Source of the DNA: Heterodontus francisci
Lineage: Eukaryota
Assembly: GCF_036365525.1 (NCBI RefSeq)
Contig: NC_090404.1
Span: 10,478,001-10,542,000, forward strand
DNA: 64,000 bases
Reading direction: 5' to 3'
The position numbers and the translations under genes were made by a program. This document shows positions 51,569 to 64,000 of the stretch, one piece after another (the first letter of the stretch is position 1; each line of letters begins with the position of its first letter). The notes under the pieces were generated by a model. That model had not been told where the DNA came from and did no database searches. It saw only the letters and a program-made list of their open reading frames with translations.

Positions 51569-52656
51569 ATGCGGCTCCCTGTTCTCGCTGTACTCTGGGT
51601 GACATTCATTATCGGTAAGAAATGTAAAATTTTTGAAAGGGATTAATTTTCAGAGGAATAAATTTGAAGAACAGCGAGTTCATGTTAAACTTGTATCGAA
51701 CTTGGTTCGACCACAATTGGGTTCTTGTGAGCAGTTCTGGTCTCCAGATTGCAACAAAGATATAGTGACACAGGAGAAAGTACGAGAACGATTTGCAAGA
51801 ATGATACCAGAATTGAGAGATAATTTCGCAGAAACCATTGTACAGGCTGTGGCTCTTTTCTCTAATAAAGAGAAAACTGAAGGGTAACCTGATAGATATC
51901 TTTCAAATGTGAAGGAGTTGGAAAGGGTAGACGTAGAGAAAAGTTTTCCACGAGTGGAAAATTCCAAGTCTATGGGCCATAAGTACGAGTCACCAAAAGA
52001 TTCAATAGGGAATTCAGGAGAAACATCTTTACCCAGAGAGTAGTGAGACTGTGGAACTCGCTGCCACAAGGAGGGGTTGAGGCGAATAGTACAGATGTAT
52101 TTAAGGGGAAGCTAGATAAAAAGATGAGGGAGAAAGGGATGGAAGGCTATGCTGATAGAATGAGATGAAGAGTGATGCAGGATGTACGTGTGGAGAGTGA
52201 ACCCTGGCATGGACCAGTTGGGCCGAATGACCTTTTCTGTTCTCTAAATTCTATTTAATTTTATGAAACACTGACTGCGAATTTTCACCGTCAGTTCGGT
52301 TCAGTTGAAGTCTTCATCGGTGATTTTCACTTTCTTTAACCGTGTGTTCCAGAACTGAGCGATGGAGATTCTGTTACTCAGCGGGAGTCCTCTCTCACAC
52401 GGACAGAGGGAGAAGATGTCACTTTAACCTGCACCTATCCCGGCGATGGTTATTACTTATTTTGGTACTGCCGATACCCAGGCAGACAGCCCGAGTTTGC
52501 AGTCCAGAGGCACACGAGCGGTAGTGCTGAAATGAAGGCGGATTTCGCTCAAAATCGGTTTTCTGATGCAGTCCAGCAGTCAGACAAGTCGTACCGATTG
52601 ACCATCTCGGAGCTGAGGCTGTCTGACACAGCGGTCTATTACTGTGCACTGAGTCT
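51569..52656 (+). CDS. TCR alpha/delta V segment, intact (L1 51569-51614; V exon 52353-52656); not in the ORF track
   Basis: MRLPVLAVLWVTFII G|gtaag...ttccag|ELSDGDSVTQRESSLTRTEGEDVTLTCTYPGDGYYLFWYCRYPGRQPEF...LRLSDTAVYYCALS. Confidence 0.93.
51650..52260 (+). mobile_element. Decayed CR1 3' fragment inside the V leader intron
   Basis: LVRPQLGSCEQFWSP...ERFARMIPEL motifs; intron is 738 bp versus about 85-140 bp in the other V segments. Confidence 0.8.
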
Positions 52657-52695
52657 CACAGTGATGGGAACGAGCCACAGCCTCGTACAATAACT
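52657..52695 (+). other. 23-bp-spacer RSS
   Basis: CACAGTG - 23 nt - ACAATAACT. Confidence 0.93.
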
Positions 52696-53796
52696 GCCGC
52701 AGGTTTCTGGGTCACAGCTGCTGTCTGCTGAGGGCTGTTTATAACAGCGGCTCACACACTGACACGTGAATACATTCCTGTGCGGGCAGAACCCGAGCAC
52801 AATCCACATAAACACCATGTAAAATCATTCACATCGAACACTGATTCAGTCTGATTATCACATTAACTGTGTGAGGGCAGAATTGTCTGCTGTTTATTTG
52901 TGTATCTCCGGGCTTTCGCCATTCACATTGAGAATATAAACTTCAGCAGGTGACCTGGAACCAGTTATATCCGTGCACCGCTACTTCTGATGTGACTCAT
53001 TGTAAACGAACAAATAATGATTGGTTTAAAATATCAGTCTGCAGTGTAGACAGAGACACGGCAGGTGGAAAGGAACCTGATAACCAAAGTAACTTTTGAT
53101 TAAACACTTCTCAATCTTAAAAATACTTACAGATATTGAAACTAAGAATCTACAATATGAACAAGTTTTAAGAGGTCGTTTCCAGGACAGGATTAGAAGC
53201 TGATGAACAATGATTAATGGAGTAATACTCTGTAAATTCAGACGTGGTCTGCTTTAGACCCCGGGGCAGATGGTCAAAGAACAAATTGCTGTTAATAAAA
53301 GTACCAAAATGTTGCGTTGGTGAGGCACAAACCGTGAAAATGACATTGTACAAAGACTAGAAAACCATGCGCAACAGATATAATCTAAAAAAAAATTTGA
53401 AATGTATAAGCTTGAGACAATGAAGGGACATCGAGGGTATTGGCAAGGATATAAACCATGACTGTGGTTGTGGTTCTCCTTTAGGAAAGGTGGTGCTCCG
53501 TAACACTTACAGTTACAATAGAAGGGCTGAGCTGTTCATTGTACTGGTCCGTTTATCAGATCCACAGCGTTCCCAGTGGGAACGGGCCATGTCATTTTTA
53601 TTGTATGTATTGCCATAGCTGGTAAGATTCTTGGCAATCTGATGTGTTAACTCTGATTTCTCTTGCACCAAATACAATTATTTAATTACCATACCGGTTT
53701 GGTATAGTTTCCTTCTGAACGTCGTGCAAAAGGAACTTGGAAACAATAGTTCTCCGAATTGATGGAAACATTGCCGAGAAGAAATTCTAATTTATT

Positions 53797-53811
53797 CCAC
53801 CAGATGGCAGC
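53797..53811 (+). promoter_or_regulatory. CTCF-binding motif
   Basis: CCACCAGATGGCAGC. Confidence 0.6.
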
Positions 53812-55789
53812 ACATCCTCAGGAATCCCCCTGGAAACGCTGATCTCTGCCAGCATGATATAGGCAACACGCAGAGACGGCTGCTGAGCTAAAGTTCCTGG
53901 AGATAACTTCATCCATCAGCTGAACTCGGACTTGTCCATCAGAAACTCCGTGGTTTCAAATCTTACTGTGCTCTTGGAAACCACACAAATTAAATCGGGG
54001 AGTTCACCTTTCCTCGGGGGAGCGGATTCTCCAGCCAAACCCTGTCACATTCGATGGTCTCCAAATAACAAACTACAGATTCCAGTCATTTTTTCAATTT
54101 CTAATGCCCATTCTGTAAATACTTTCACAATCAGATTTCATATGATCTGGGGAGAAATGTGAAATCCATTCGCACCATAGGAAGTATATTTTGCCGAGTT
54201 ATATTTCACCCTTGGACCGGTCTCTGTTATTAATACATTACACGTGATCTCTGTTTATTTTACACCAGGCCCTGTGTCAATTAGTACTGAACTAGCCAAT
54301 GCTTCTGTTTATATTGCATCAGTGCCAGTCTCAGTTGTACTGCACTAGAATATGTTCCCGTTTATATGACACTGGGCCCTGTCTCTTTATTTACCGCATG
54401 CTCCCACCTCTTTGCATATTTTACACTGGCCCTGTCTCAGTTATTACTGCACTAGAACATGCTCTCTTTATGTTACATTAAGGACTGTCTTTGTTATTAA
54501 TGGACTAGGTGATGCCTCTGTTTATATGACACTAGATCTTTTCTCTTTTATCCCAAAAATATACTTTATTCATAAAATTTATAAGAAAAAGTACATTACG
54601 AAACCATTCATAGCGGACATTTCAGAAAGTGCAAAAAAGATCAGTTTCTTTCGATAGAGAAAATGGGGTGCCTCACACTCTTGCCACTTCATTTTATATG
54701 TAACGTACAGTAGACCTTATATCACTGTAGGCCCTATCTCAGTTATTACTTCACTAGACCATGCCCCTGTTTCTATTACACTAGACTGTTTCTCTTTTAT
54801 ATCACTCTAGGCCCTACCTCAGTTATTACTTCACCAGATTGTTTATAATCCGCTACCCTACAATACACTTTCAATACCTGTGCAGCGAGACAGAGAGTTG
54901 GAAGATACAGAGACATTTATCAACCTGACTGCAGCTCGGTGATTCTGATTTTCTGTGATATAGTCACTCAAACCCGGTCTGCTCAGTCCATTATACCGAG
55001 CAACTAACAGCTTTCAGTGTCTTAGACCCTGTAGCCCAGGTGTGGAAGTGTCCAAGGGGCATTAGCGGTGTCCAGGGTTGTGGTGGTGGTGGTGATGCTG
55101 ATGGGGCAGGTGGTGGCTTCAGCCACATGCCAGCGCCCAGAATGGTTGCTTCCTGAGCCTGTGTGAGGCCTCTGCCACTGGGACCTGAGTCTCGGGACTG
55201 CTCCCGGAGATCGCCTTTTAACCATTGAGTAGAGACAGGCATTGAGCTGATCCACAGAGGGAATCCGCACTCACCTGCACAGGGACATTGATCAGATCTA
55301 CCTTTCATTCAATCACTTGCCTTGTCCCATTTCATATGTATAATTATTTTATTTTAACATGCGAGTTGTTTTTTCTCTTTCGCGTCTATTTTTTCAACAT
55401 CACTTTCTAATGATTTTCTCCATCTACTCTGTACATTTCTCCCCCATCTCCCCATTCCCTTTACAATTTCTCAATTTCCATATATTTTCATGTCCCTTGT
55501 CGACACCATACATTCTGCATTCTGTGTGTGTATCACCGAATTTCAGTCAGCAATAATTTCCTTTTATGTCCCCGTGATGCTGTGTTAAATCATCCCAACC
55601 AGTATGTATTTCTATTGCACAAAGAGTGCCAATCCTTTCATTTCACTGCACGGCACCAGGGCTCATTCTAATGGAAGAAAATCTGGTACCACGTTGACTA
55701 AACTGTTCACTTTCTGTACCTGAACAATCTCGCTCTGCTGGTGACTCTCTGTATCTACATCTTTAACTCCCCGTGTTGGTGTCCCCCTG

Positions 55790-58700
55790 TAACAATACTC
55801 ATTCTCACCTTTATCAATCTCCCTCTGTTGATCTCTCTCTGTATCACTGTACTCAGTCTCACTTTTATCTATCTCTCTCTCTATCGCTTTGTCTCGCTCT
55901 GTATCACTGTACTCAGTCTCATCTTTATCTATCTCTCTCTGTTGGCCTCTCTCTGTATCACTGTACTCAGTCTCACTTTTATCTATCTCTCTCTGTTGGC
56001 CTCTCTCTGTATCACTGTACTCAGTCTCATCTTTATCTATCTCTCTCTGTTGGTCTATCTCTGTATCACTGTACTCAGTCTCACCTTTATCTATCTCCCT
56101 CTGTTGGTCCCTCTCTGTATCACTCTACTCAGTCTCATCTTTATCTATCTCTCTCTGTTGGTCCCTCTCTGTATCACTGTACTCAGTCTCATCTTTATCT
56201 ATCTCTCTCTGTTGGCCTCTCTCTGTATCACTGTACTCAGTCTCACCTTTATCTATCTCTCTCTGTTGGTCCCTCTCTGTATCACTGTACTCAGTCTCAT
56301 CTTTATCTATCTCTCTCTGTTGGTCCCTCTCTGTATCACTGTACTCAGTCTCATCTTTATCTATCTCTCTCTGTTGGTCCCTCTCTGTATCACTGTACTC
56401 AGTCTCATCTTTATCGATCTCTCTCTCTGTATCACTGTACTCAGTCTCATCTTTATCTATCTCTCTCTGTTGGCCTCTCTCTGTATCACTGTACTCAGTC
56501 TCACCTTTATCTATCTCTCTCTGTTGGTCCCTCTCTGTATCACTGTACTCAGTCTCATCTTTATCTATCTCTCTCTGTTGGCCTCTCTCTGTATCACTGT
56601 ACTCAGTCTCATCTTTATCTATCTCTCTCTGTTGGCCTCTCTCTGTATCACTGTACTCAGTCTCATCTTTATCTATCTCTCTCTGTTGGTCTCTCTCTGT
56701 ATCACTGTACTCAGTCTCATCTTTATCTATCTCTCTCTGTTGGCTTCTCTCTGTATCACTGTACTCAGTCTCATCTTTATCTATCTCTCTCTGTTGGCCT
56801 CTCTCTGTATCACTGTACTCAGTCTCATCTTTATCTATCTCTCTCTGTTGGCCTCTCTCTGTATCACTGTACTCAGTCTCATCTTTATCTATCTCTCTCT
56901 CTGTATCACTGTACTCAGTCTCACCTTTATCTATCTCCCTCTGTTGGTCCCTCTCTGTATCACTGTACTCAGTCTCATCTTTATCTATCTCTCTCTGTTG
57001 GTCTCTCTCTGTATCACTGTACTCAGTCTCATCTTTATCTATCTCTCTCTGTTGGTCTCTCTCTGTATCACTGTACTCAGTCTCATCTTTATCTATCTCT
57101 CCCTGTTGGCCTCTCTCTGTATCACTGTACTCAGTCTCATCTTTATCTATCTCTCCCTGTTGGCCTCTCTCTGTATCACTGTACTCAGTCTCACCTTTAT
57201 CTATCTCCCTCTGTTGGTCCCTCTCTGTATCACTGTACTCAGTCTCATCTTTATCTATCTCTCTCTGTTAGTCTCTCTCTGTATCACTGTACTCAGTCTC
57301 ATCTTTATCTATCTCTCTCTGTTGGTGTCTCTCTCTCTGTTGGCCTCTCTCTGTATCACTGTACTCAGTCTCATCTTTATCTATCTCTCTCTCTGTATCA
57401 CTGTACTCAGTCTCACCTTTATCTATCTCCCTCTGTTGGTCCCTCTCTGTATCACTGTACTCAGTCTCATCTTTATCTATCTCTCTCTGTTGGTCTCTCT
57501 CTGTATCACTGTACTCAGTCTCATCTTTATCTATCTCTCTCTGTTGGTCTCTCTCTGTATCACTGTACTCAGTCTCATCTTTATCTATCTCTCCCTGTTG
57601 GCCTCTCTCTGTATCACTGTACTCAGTCTCATCTTTATCTATCTCTCCCTGTTGGCCTCTCTCTGTATCACTGTACTCAGTCTCACCTTTATCTATCTCC
57701 CTCTGTTGGTCCCTCTCTGTATCACTGTACTCAGTCTCATCTTTATCTATCTCTCTCTGTTAGTCTCTCTCTGTATCACTGTACTCAGTCTCATCTTTAT
57801 CTATCTCTCTCTGTTGGTGTCTCTCTGTATCACTGTACTCAGTCTCACCTTTATCTATCTCCCTCTGTTGGTCCCTCTCTGTATCACTGTACTCAGTCTC
57901 ATCTTTATCTATCTCTCTCTGTTAGTCTCTCTCTGTATCACTGTACTCAGTCTCATCTTTATCTATCTCTCTCTGTTGGTGTCTCTCTGTATCACTGTAC
58001 TCAGTCTCACCTTTATCTATCTCCCTCTGTTGGTCCCTCTCTGTATCACTGTACTCAGTCTCACCTTTATCTATCTCTCTCTGTTAGTCTCTCTCTGTAT
58101 CACTGTACTCAGTCTCATCTTTATCTATCTCTCTCTGTTGGCCTCTCTCTGTATCACTGTACTCAGTCTCACCTTTATCTATCTCCCTCTGTTGGTCCCT
58201 CTCTGTATCACTGTACTCAGTCTCATCTTTATCTAGCTCTCTCTGTTGGTCCCTCTCTGTATCACTGTACTCAGTCTCACCTTTATCTATCTCCCTCTGT
58301 TGGTCCCTCTCTGTATCACTGTACTCAGTCTCATCTTTATCTATCTCTCTCTGTTGGCCTCTCTCTGTATCACTGTACTCAGTCTCACCTTTATCTATCT
58401 CTCTCTGTTGGTCCCTCTCTGTATCACTGTACTCAGTCTCATCTTTATCTATCTCTCTCTGTTGGCCTCTCTCTGTATCACTGTACTCAGTCTCATCTTT
58501 ATCTATCTCTCTCTGTTGGCTTCTCTCTGTATCACTGTACTCAGTCTCATCTTTATCTATCTCTCTCTGTTGGCCTCTCTCTGTATCACTGTACTCAGTC
58601 TCACCTTTATCTATCTCTCTCTGTTGGTCCCTCTCTGTATCACTGTACTCAGTCTCACTTTTATCTATCTCTCTCTGTTGGTCTATCTCTGTATCACTGT

Positions 58701-61700
58701 ACTCAGTCTCACCTTTATCTATCTCTCTCTGTTGGTCCCTCTCTGTATCACTGTACTCAGTCTCACTTTTATCTATCTCTCTCTGTTGGTCTCTCTCTGT
58801 ATCACTGTACTCAGTCTCACCTTTATCTATCTCTCTCTGTTGGCCTCTCTCCGTATCACTGTACTCAGTCTCACCTTTATCTCTCTCTCTCTGTTGTTCC
58901 CTCTCTGTATCACTGTACTCAGTCTCACCTTTATCTATCTCTCTCTGTTGGTCTCTCTCTGTATCACTGTACTCAGTCTCATCTTTATCTATCTCTCTCT
59001 GTTGGCTTCTCTCTGTATCACTGTACTCAGTCTCATCTTTATCTATCTCTCTCTGTTGGTCTCTCTCTGTATCACTGTACTCAGTCTCATCTTTATCGAT
59101 CTCTCTCTCTGTATCACTGTACTCAGTCTCATCTTTATCTATCTCTCTCTGTTGGCTTCTCTCTGTATCACTGTACTCAGTCTCACCTTTATCTATCTCT
59201 CTCTGTTGGTCTCTCTCTGTATCACTGTACTCAGTCTCACCTTTATCTATCTCTCTCTGTTGGTCTCTCTCTGTATCACTGTACTCAGTCTCACCTTTAT
59301 CTATCTCTCTCTGTTGGTCTCTCTCTGTATCACTGTACTCAGTCTCATCTTTATCTATCTCTCTCTGTTGGCTTCTCTCTGTATCACTGTACTCAGTCTC
59401 ATCTTTATCTATCTCTCTCTGTTGGTCTCTCTCTGTATCACTGTACTCAGTCTCATCTTTATCGATCTCTCTCTCTGTATCACTGTACTCAGTCTCATCT
59501 TTATCTATCTCTCTCTGTTGGCTTCTCTCTGTATCACTGTACTCAGTCTCATCTTTATCTCTCTCTCTCTGTTAGTCTCTCTCTGTATCACTGTACTCAG
59601 TCTCATCTTTATCTATCTCTCTCTGTTGGCCTCTCTCTGTATCACTGTACTCAGTCTCATCTTTATCGATCTCTCTCTCTGTATCACTGTACTCAGTCTC
59701 ATCTTTATCGATCTCTCTCTCTGTATCACTGTACTCAGTCTCATCTTTATCTCTCTCTCTCTGTTAGTCTCTCTCTGTATCACTGTACTCAGTCTCATCT
59801 TTATCTATCTCTCTCTGTTGGCCTCTCTCTGTATCACTGTACTCAGTCTCACCTTTATCTATCTCTCTCTGCTGGTCTCTCTCTGTATCACTGTACTCAG
59901 TCTCACCTTTATTTATCTCCCTCTGTTGGTCTCTCCCTGTATCACTGTACTCAGTCTCATCTTTATCTCTCTCTCTCTGTTGGTCCCTCTCTGTATCACT
60001 GTACTCAGTCTCATCTTTATCTATCTCTTTCTGTTGGCCTCTCTCTGTATCACTGTACTCAGTCTCACTTTTATCTATCTCTCTCTGTTGGTCTCTCCCT
60101 GTATCACTGTACTCAGTCTCATCTTTATCTATCTCTCTCTGTTGGTCCCTCTCTGTATCACTGTACTCAGTCTCACCTTTATCTATCTCCCTCTGTTGGT
60201 CCCTCTCTGTATCACTGTACTCAGTCTCATCTTTATCTAGCTCTCTCTGTTGGTCCCTCTCTGTATCACTGTACTCAGTCTCACCTTTATCTATCTCCCT
60301 CTGTTGGTCCCTCTCTGTATCACTGTACTCAGTCTCATCTTTATCTATCTCTCTCTGTTGGCCTCTCTCTGTATCACTGTACTCAGTCTCACCTTTATCT
60401 ATCTCTCTCTGTTGGTCCCTCTCTGTATCACGGTACTCAGTCTCATCTTTATCTATCTCTCTCTGTTGGCCTCTCTCTGTATCACTGTACTCAGTCTCAT
60501 CTTTATCTATCTCTCTCTGTTGGCTTCTCTCTGTATCACTGTACTCAGTCTCATCTTTATCTATCTCTCTCTGTTGGCCTCTCTCTGTATCACTGTACTC
60601 AGTCTCACCTTTATCTATCTCTCTCTGTTGGTCCCTCTCTGTATCACTGTACTCAGTCTCACTTTTATCTATCTCTCTCTGTTGGTCTATCTCTGTATCA
60701 CTGTACTCAGTCTCACCTTTATCTATCTCTCTCTGTTGGTCCCTCTCTGTATCACTGTACTCAGTCTCACTTTTATCTATCTCTCTCTGTTGGTCTCTCT
60801 CTGTATCACTGTACTCAGTCTCACCTTTATCTATCTCTCTCTGTTGGCCTCTCTCCGTATCACTGTACTCAGTCTCACCTTTATCTCTCTCTCTCTGTTG
60901 TTCCCTCTCTGTATCACTGTACTCAGTCTCACCTTTATCTATCTCTCTCTGTTGGTCTCTCTCTGTATCACTGTACTCAGTCTCATCTTTATCTATCTCT
61001 CTCTGTTGGCTTCTCTCTGTATCACTGTACTCAGTCTCATCTTTATCTATCTCTCTCTGTTGGTCTCTCTCTGTATCACTGTACTCAGTCTCATCTTTAT
61101 CGATCTCTCTCTCTGTATCACTGTACTCAGTCTCATCTTTATCTATCTCTCTCTGTTGGCTTCTCTCTGTATCACTGTACTCAGTCTCACCTTTATCTAT
61201 CTCTCTCTGTTGGTCTCTCTCTGTATCACTGTACTCAGTCTCACCTTTATCTATCTCTCTCTGTTGGTCTCTCTCTGTATCACTGTACTCAGTCTCACCT
61301 TTATCTATCTCTCTCTGTTGGTCTCTCTCTGTATCACTGTACTCAGTCTCATCTTTATCTATCTCTCTCTGTTGGCTTCTCTCTGTATCACTGTACTCAG
61401 TCTCATCTTTATCTATCTCTCTCTGTTGGTCTCTCTCTGTATCACTGTACTCAGTCTCATCTTTATCGATCTCTCTCTCTGTATCACTGTACTCAGTCTC
61501 ATCTTTATCTATCTCTCTCTGTTGGCTTCTCTCTGTATCACTGTACTCAGTCTCATCTTTATCTCTCTCTCTCTGTTAGTCTCTCTCTGTATCACTGTAC
61601 TCAGTCTCATCTTTATCTATCTCTCTCTGTTGGCCTCTCTCTGTATCACTGTACTCAGTCTCATCTTTATCGATCTCTCTCTCTGTATCACTGTACTCAG

Positions 61701-63240
61701 TCTCATCTTTATCGATCTCTCTCTCTGTATCACTGTACTCAGTCTCATCTTTATCTCTCTCTCTCTGTTAGTCTCTCTCTGTATCACTGTACTCAGTCTC
61801 ATCTTTATCTATCTCTCTCTGTTGGCCTCTCTCTGTATCACTGTACTCAGTCTCACCTTTATCTATCTCTCTCTGCTGGTCTCTCTCTGTATCACTGTAC
61901 TCAGTCTCACCTTTATTTATCTCCCTCTGTTGGTCTCTCCCTGTATCACTGTACTCAGTCTCATCTTTATCTCTCTCTCTCTGTTGGTCCCTCTCTGTAT
62001 CACTGTACTCAGTCTCATCTTTATCTATCTCTTTCTGTTGGCCTCTCTCTGTATCACTGTACTCAGTCTCACTTTTATCTATCTCTCTCTGTTGGTCTCT
62101 CCCTGTATCACTGTACTCAGTCTCATCTTTATCTATCTCTCTCTGTTGGTCCCTCTCTGTATCACTGTACTCAGTCTCATCTTTATCTATCTCTTTCTGT
62201 TGGCCTCTCTCTGTATCACTGTACTCAGTCTCATCTTTATCTATCTCTCTCTGTTGGCCTCTCTCTGTATCACTGTACTCAGTCTCACTTTTATCTATCT
62301 CTCTCTGTTGGTCCCTCTCTGTATCACTGTACTCAGTCTCACTTTTATCTATCTCTCTCTGTTTGTCCCTCTCTGTATCACTGTACTCAGTCTCATCTTT
62401 ATCTATCTCTTTCTGTTGGCCTCTCTCTGTATCACTGTACTCAGTCTCATCTTTATCTCTCTCTCTCTGTTGGTCCCTCTCTGTATCACTGTACTCAGTC
62501 TCATCTTTATCTATCTCTTTCTGTTGGCCTCTCTCTGTATCACTGTACTCAGTCTCATCTTTATCTATCTCTCTCTGTTGGTCCCTCTCTGTATCACTGT
62601 ACTCAGTCTCATCTTTATCTCTCTCTCTCTGTTGGTCCCTCTCTGTATCACTGTACTCAGTCTCATCTTTATCTATCTCTTTCTGTTGGCCTCTCTCTGT
62701 ATCACTGTACTCAGTCTCATCTTTATCTATCTCTCTCTGTTGGCCTCTCTCTGTATCACTGTACTCAGTCTCACTTTTATCTATCTCTCTCTGTTGGTCC
62801 CTCTCTGTATCACTGTACTCAGTCTCATCTTTATCTATCTCTTTCTGTTGGCCTCTCTCTGTATCACTGTACTCAGTCTCACTTTTATCTATCTCTCTCT
62901 GTTGGCCTCTCTCTGTATCACTGTACTCAGTCTCACTTTTATCTATCTCTCTCTGTTGGTCCCTCTCTGTATCACTGTACTCAGTCTCACTTTTATCTAT
63001 CTCTCTCTGTTGGTCTCTCTCTCTGTATCACTGTACTCAATCTCACCTTTATCTATCTCACTCTGTTGGTCTCTCGCTGTATCACTGTACTCAGTCTTAC
63101 CTTTATCTATCTGATTCTGTTGGTCTCTCTCTGTATCACTGTACTCAGTCTCATCTTTATCTCTCTCTCTCTGTTGGTCCCTCTCTGTATCACTGTACTC
63201 AGTCTCATCTTTATCTATCTCATTCTGTTGGTCTCTCTCT
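55790..63240. repeat. 54-bp CT-rich minisatellite, about 7.4 kb
   Basis: Unit TCTCTCTGTATCACTGTACTCAGTCTCATCTTTATCTATCTCTCTCTGTTGGYC, with shorter 39-bp variants. Confidence 0.97.
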
Positions 63241-63754
63241 GAATCAATGTACCCAGTCTCGCCTTCATTTATACATTTCTCTGTGTGACGTCAGTCTGTA
63301 GTCTATGTGACGTCAGTCTTCTGTCTGTGTGATGTGTCTTCTGTCTGTGTGTCGTATCTTCATTCTGTGTGACGTGAGTCTGAAGTTTGCATGACGTCTG
63401 TCTGAAGACTTGCCAATGTAGGTTTGAGTGACGTAATTGTCAGCGATCTCTTTCTCGGAGCTGATCTGAACGTAATCCCTGATTATGAATTATTAAGCAG
63501 TTGATCAGAAGCAGGAAGGACAGTTTAACCGGTAGATTGATTCTTTGCTGGATCTGTCTGTCTGATTGGATTCTGCAGTTTGTTTTCTCGGCCGCTCCTG
63601 GAAACAGTTGGGTGACAGTTTGATCCATGGTTAATTTGGTTTCCTCTCGGTGTGTGTTTGAGTGCCTGACAGCGCGCTGCACATTGTGGCTGCATCTGCC
63701 CGCGATTCTACACACCTCCCAACAGACAGAAGCTCCCACCCACAGTCCAACAGC

Positions 63755-64000
63755 TGTTTTTGTACAGGGGTGAGACTGTTTCCCATCACTGCGAGTCCCA
63801 CAGAGAGCACAGTAAGAGTTAATTATCTGCAATTCGGTCATGGTTAAACTTGCTAAGGAGTCTGAAAGCACGAGTTCTGAAGAGAAACGGATTCCTGTCT
63901 CTGCTCTTTTCCATTCCACTCTATCCCAGAACCATCTCCTCATCACCAACTGGAGTTCCTTCTCTGGTTGCTGTCGGTACCAATATAAATAATACCTGTT
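63755..64000 (-). pseudogene. 3' part of a TCR alpha/delta V segment (runs off the window), probably non-functional
   Basis: ...YYLYWYRQQPEKELQL...RFSSEL...LTMTELQIINSYCALCGT (DSAVYYC motif shortened); RSS heptamer mutated to CGCAGTG - 23 - ACAAAAACA at 63755-63793. Confidence 0.82.

Noticed and set aside
55741-63301. Giant ORFs (2489 aa, 954 aa, 831 aa) of repeated peptides
   Set aside because: Artefacts of a 54-bp (multiple of 3), stop-poor minisatellite; open in several frames with no gene structure.
23372-64000. Reading the V segments as IgH, NAR-TCR or TAILV V genes belonging to the Cmu
   Set aside because: Motifs (DSVTQ, WYRQ/WYIQ, YYCAL) are TCRalpha/delta-like, with no VH-type WVRQ..GKGLEW and no linked D-J; a phylogeny is needed for a final call.

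Overview
Cartilaginous-fish (shark) genomic DNA; the constant exons closely resemble the horn shark (Heterodontus) IgM heavy chain as I recall it, so the species call is inference. The left ~13 kb holds a complete, splice-intact IgM constant gene on the minus strand (CH1-CH2-CH3-CH4/secretory tail, TM1, TM2). I find no JH, DH or VH in the 51 kb upstream of it. That space holds CR1-type LINEs, a 4.2 kb AGCT-rich 17-bp tandem array resembling a switch region, and eight T-cell-receptor alpha/delta-type V segments in mixed orientation: 4 intact (one with no leader intron), 3 pseudogenes and 1 defective partial. Every V with a visible 3' end carries a 23-bp-spacer RSS. There are also CRE-type promoter motifs, CTCF motifs, two further multi-kb minisatellites, a solo LTR, DeuSINEs and segmental duplications. 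Main candidate system: a 'headless' Cmu with an S-like array at the edge of a TCRalpha/delta V cluster.
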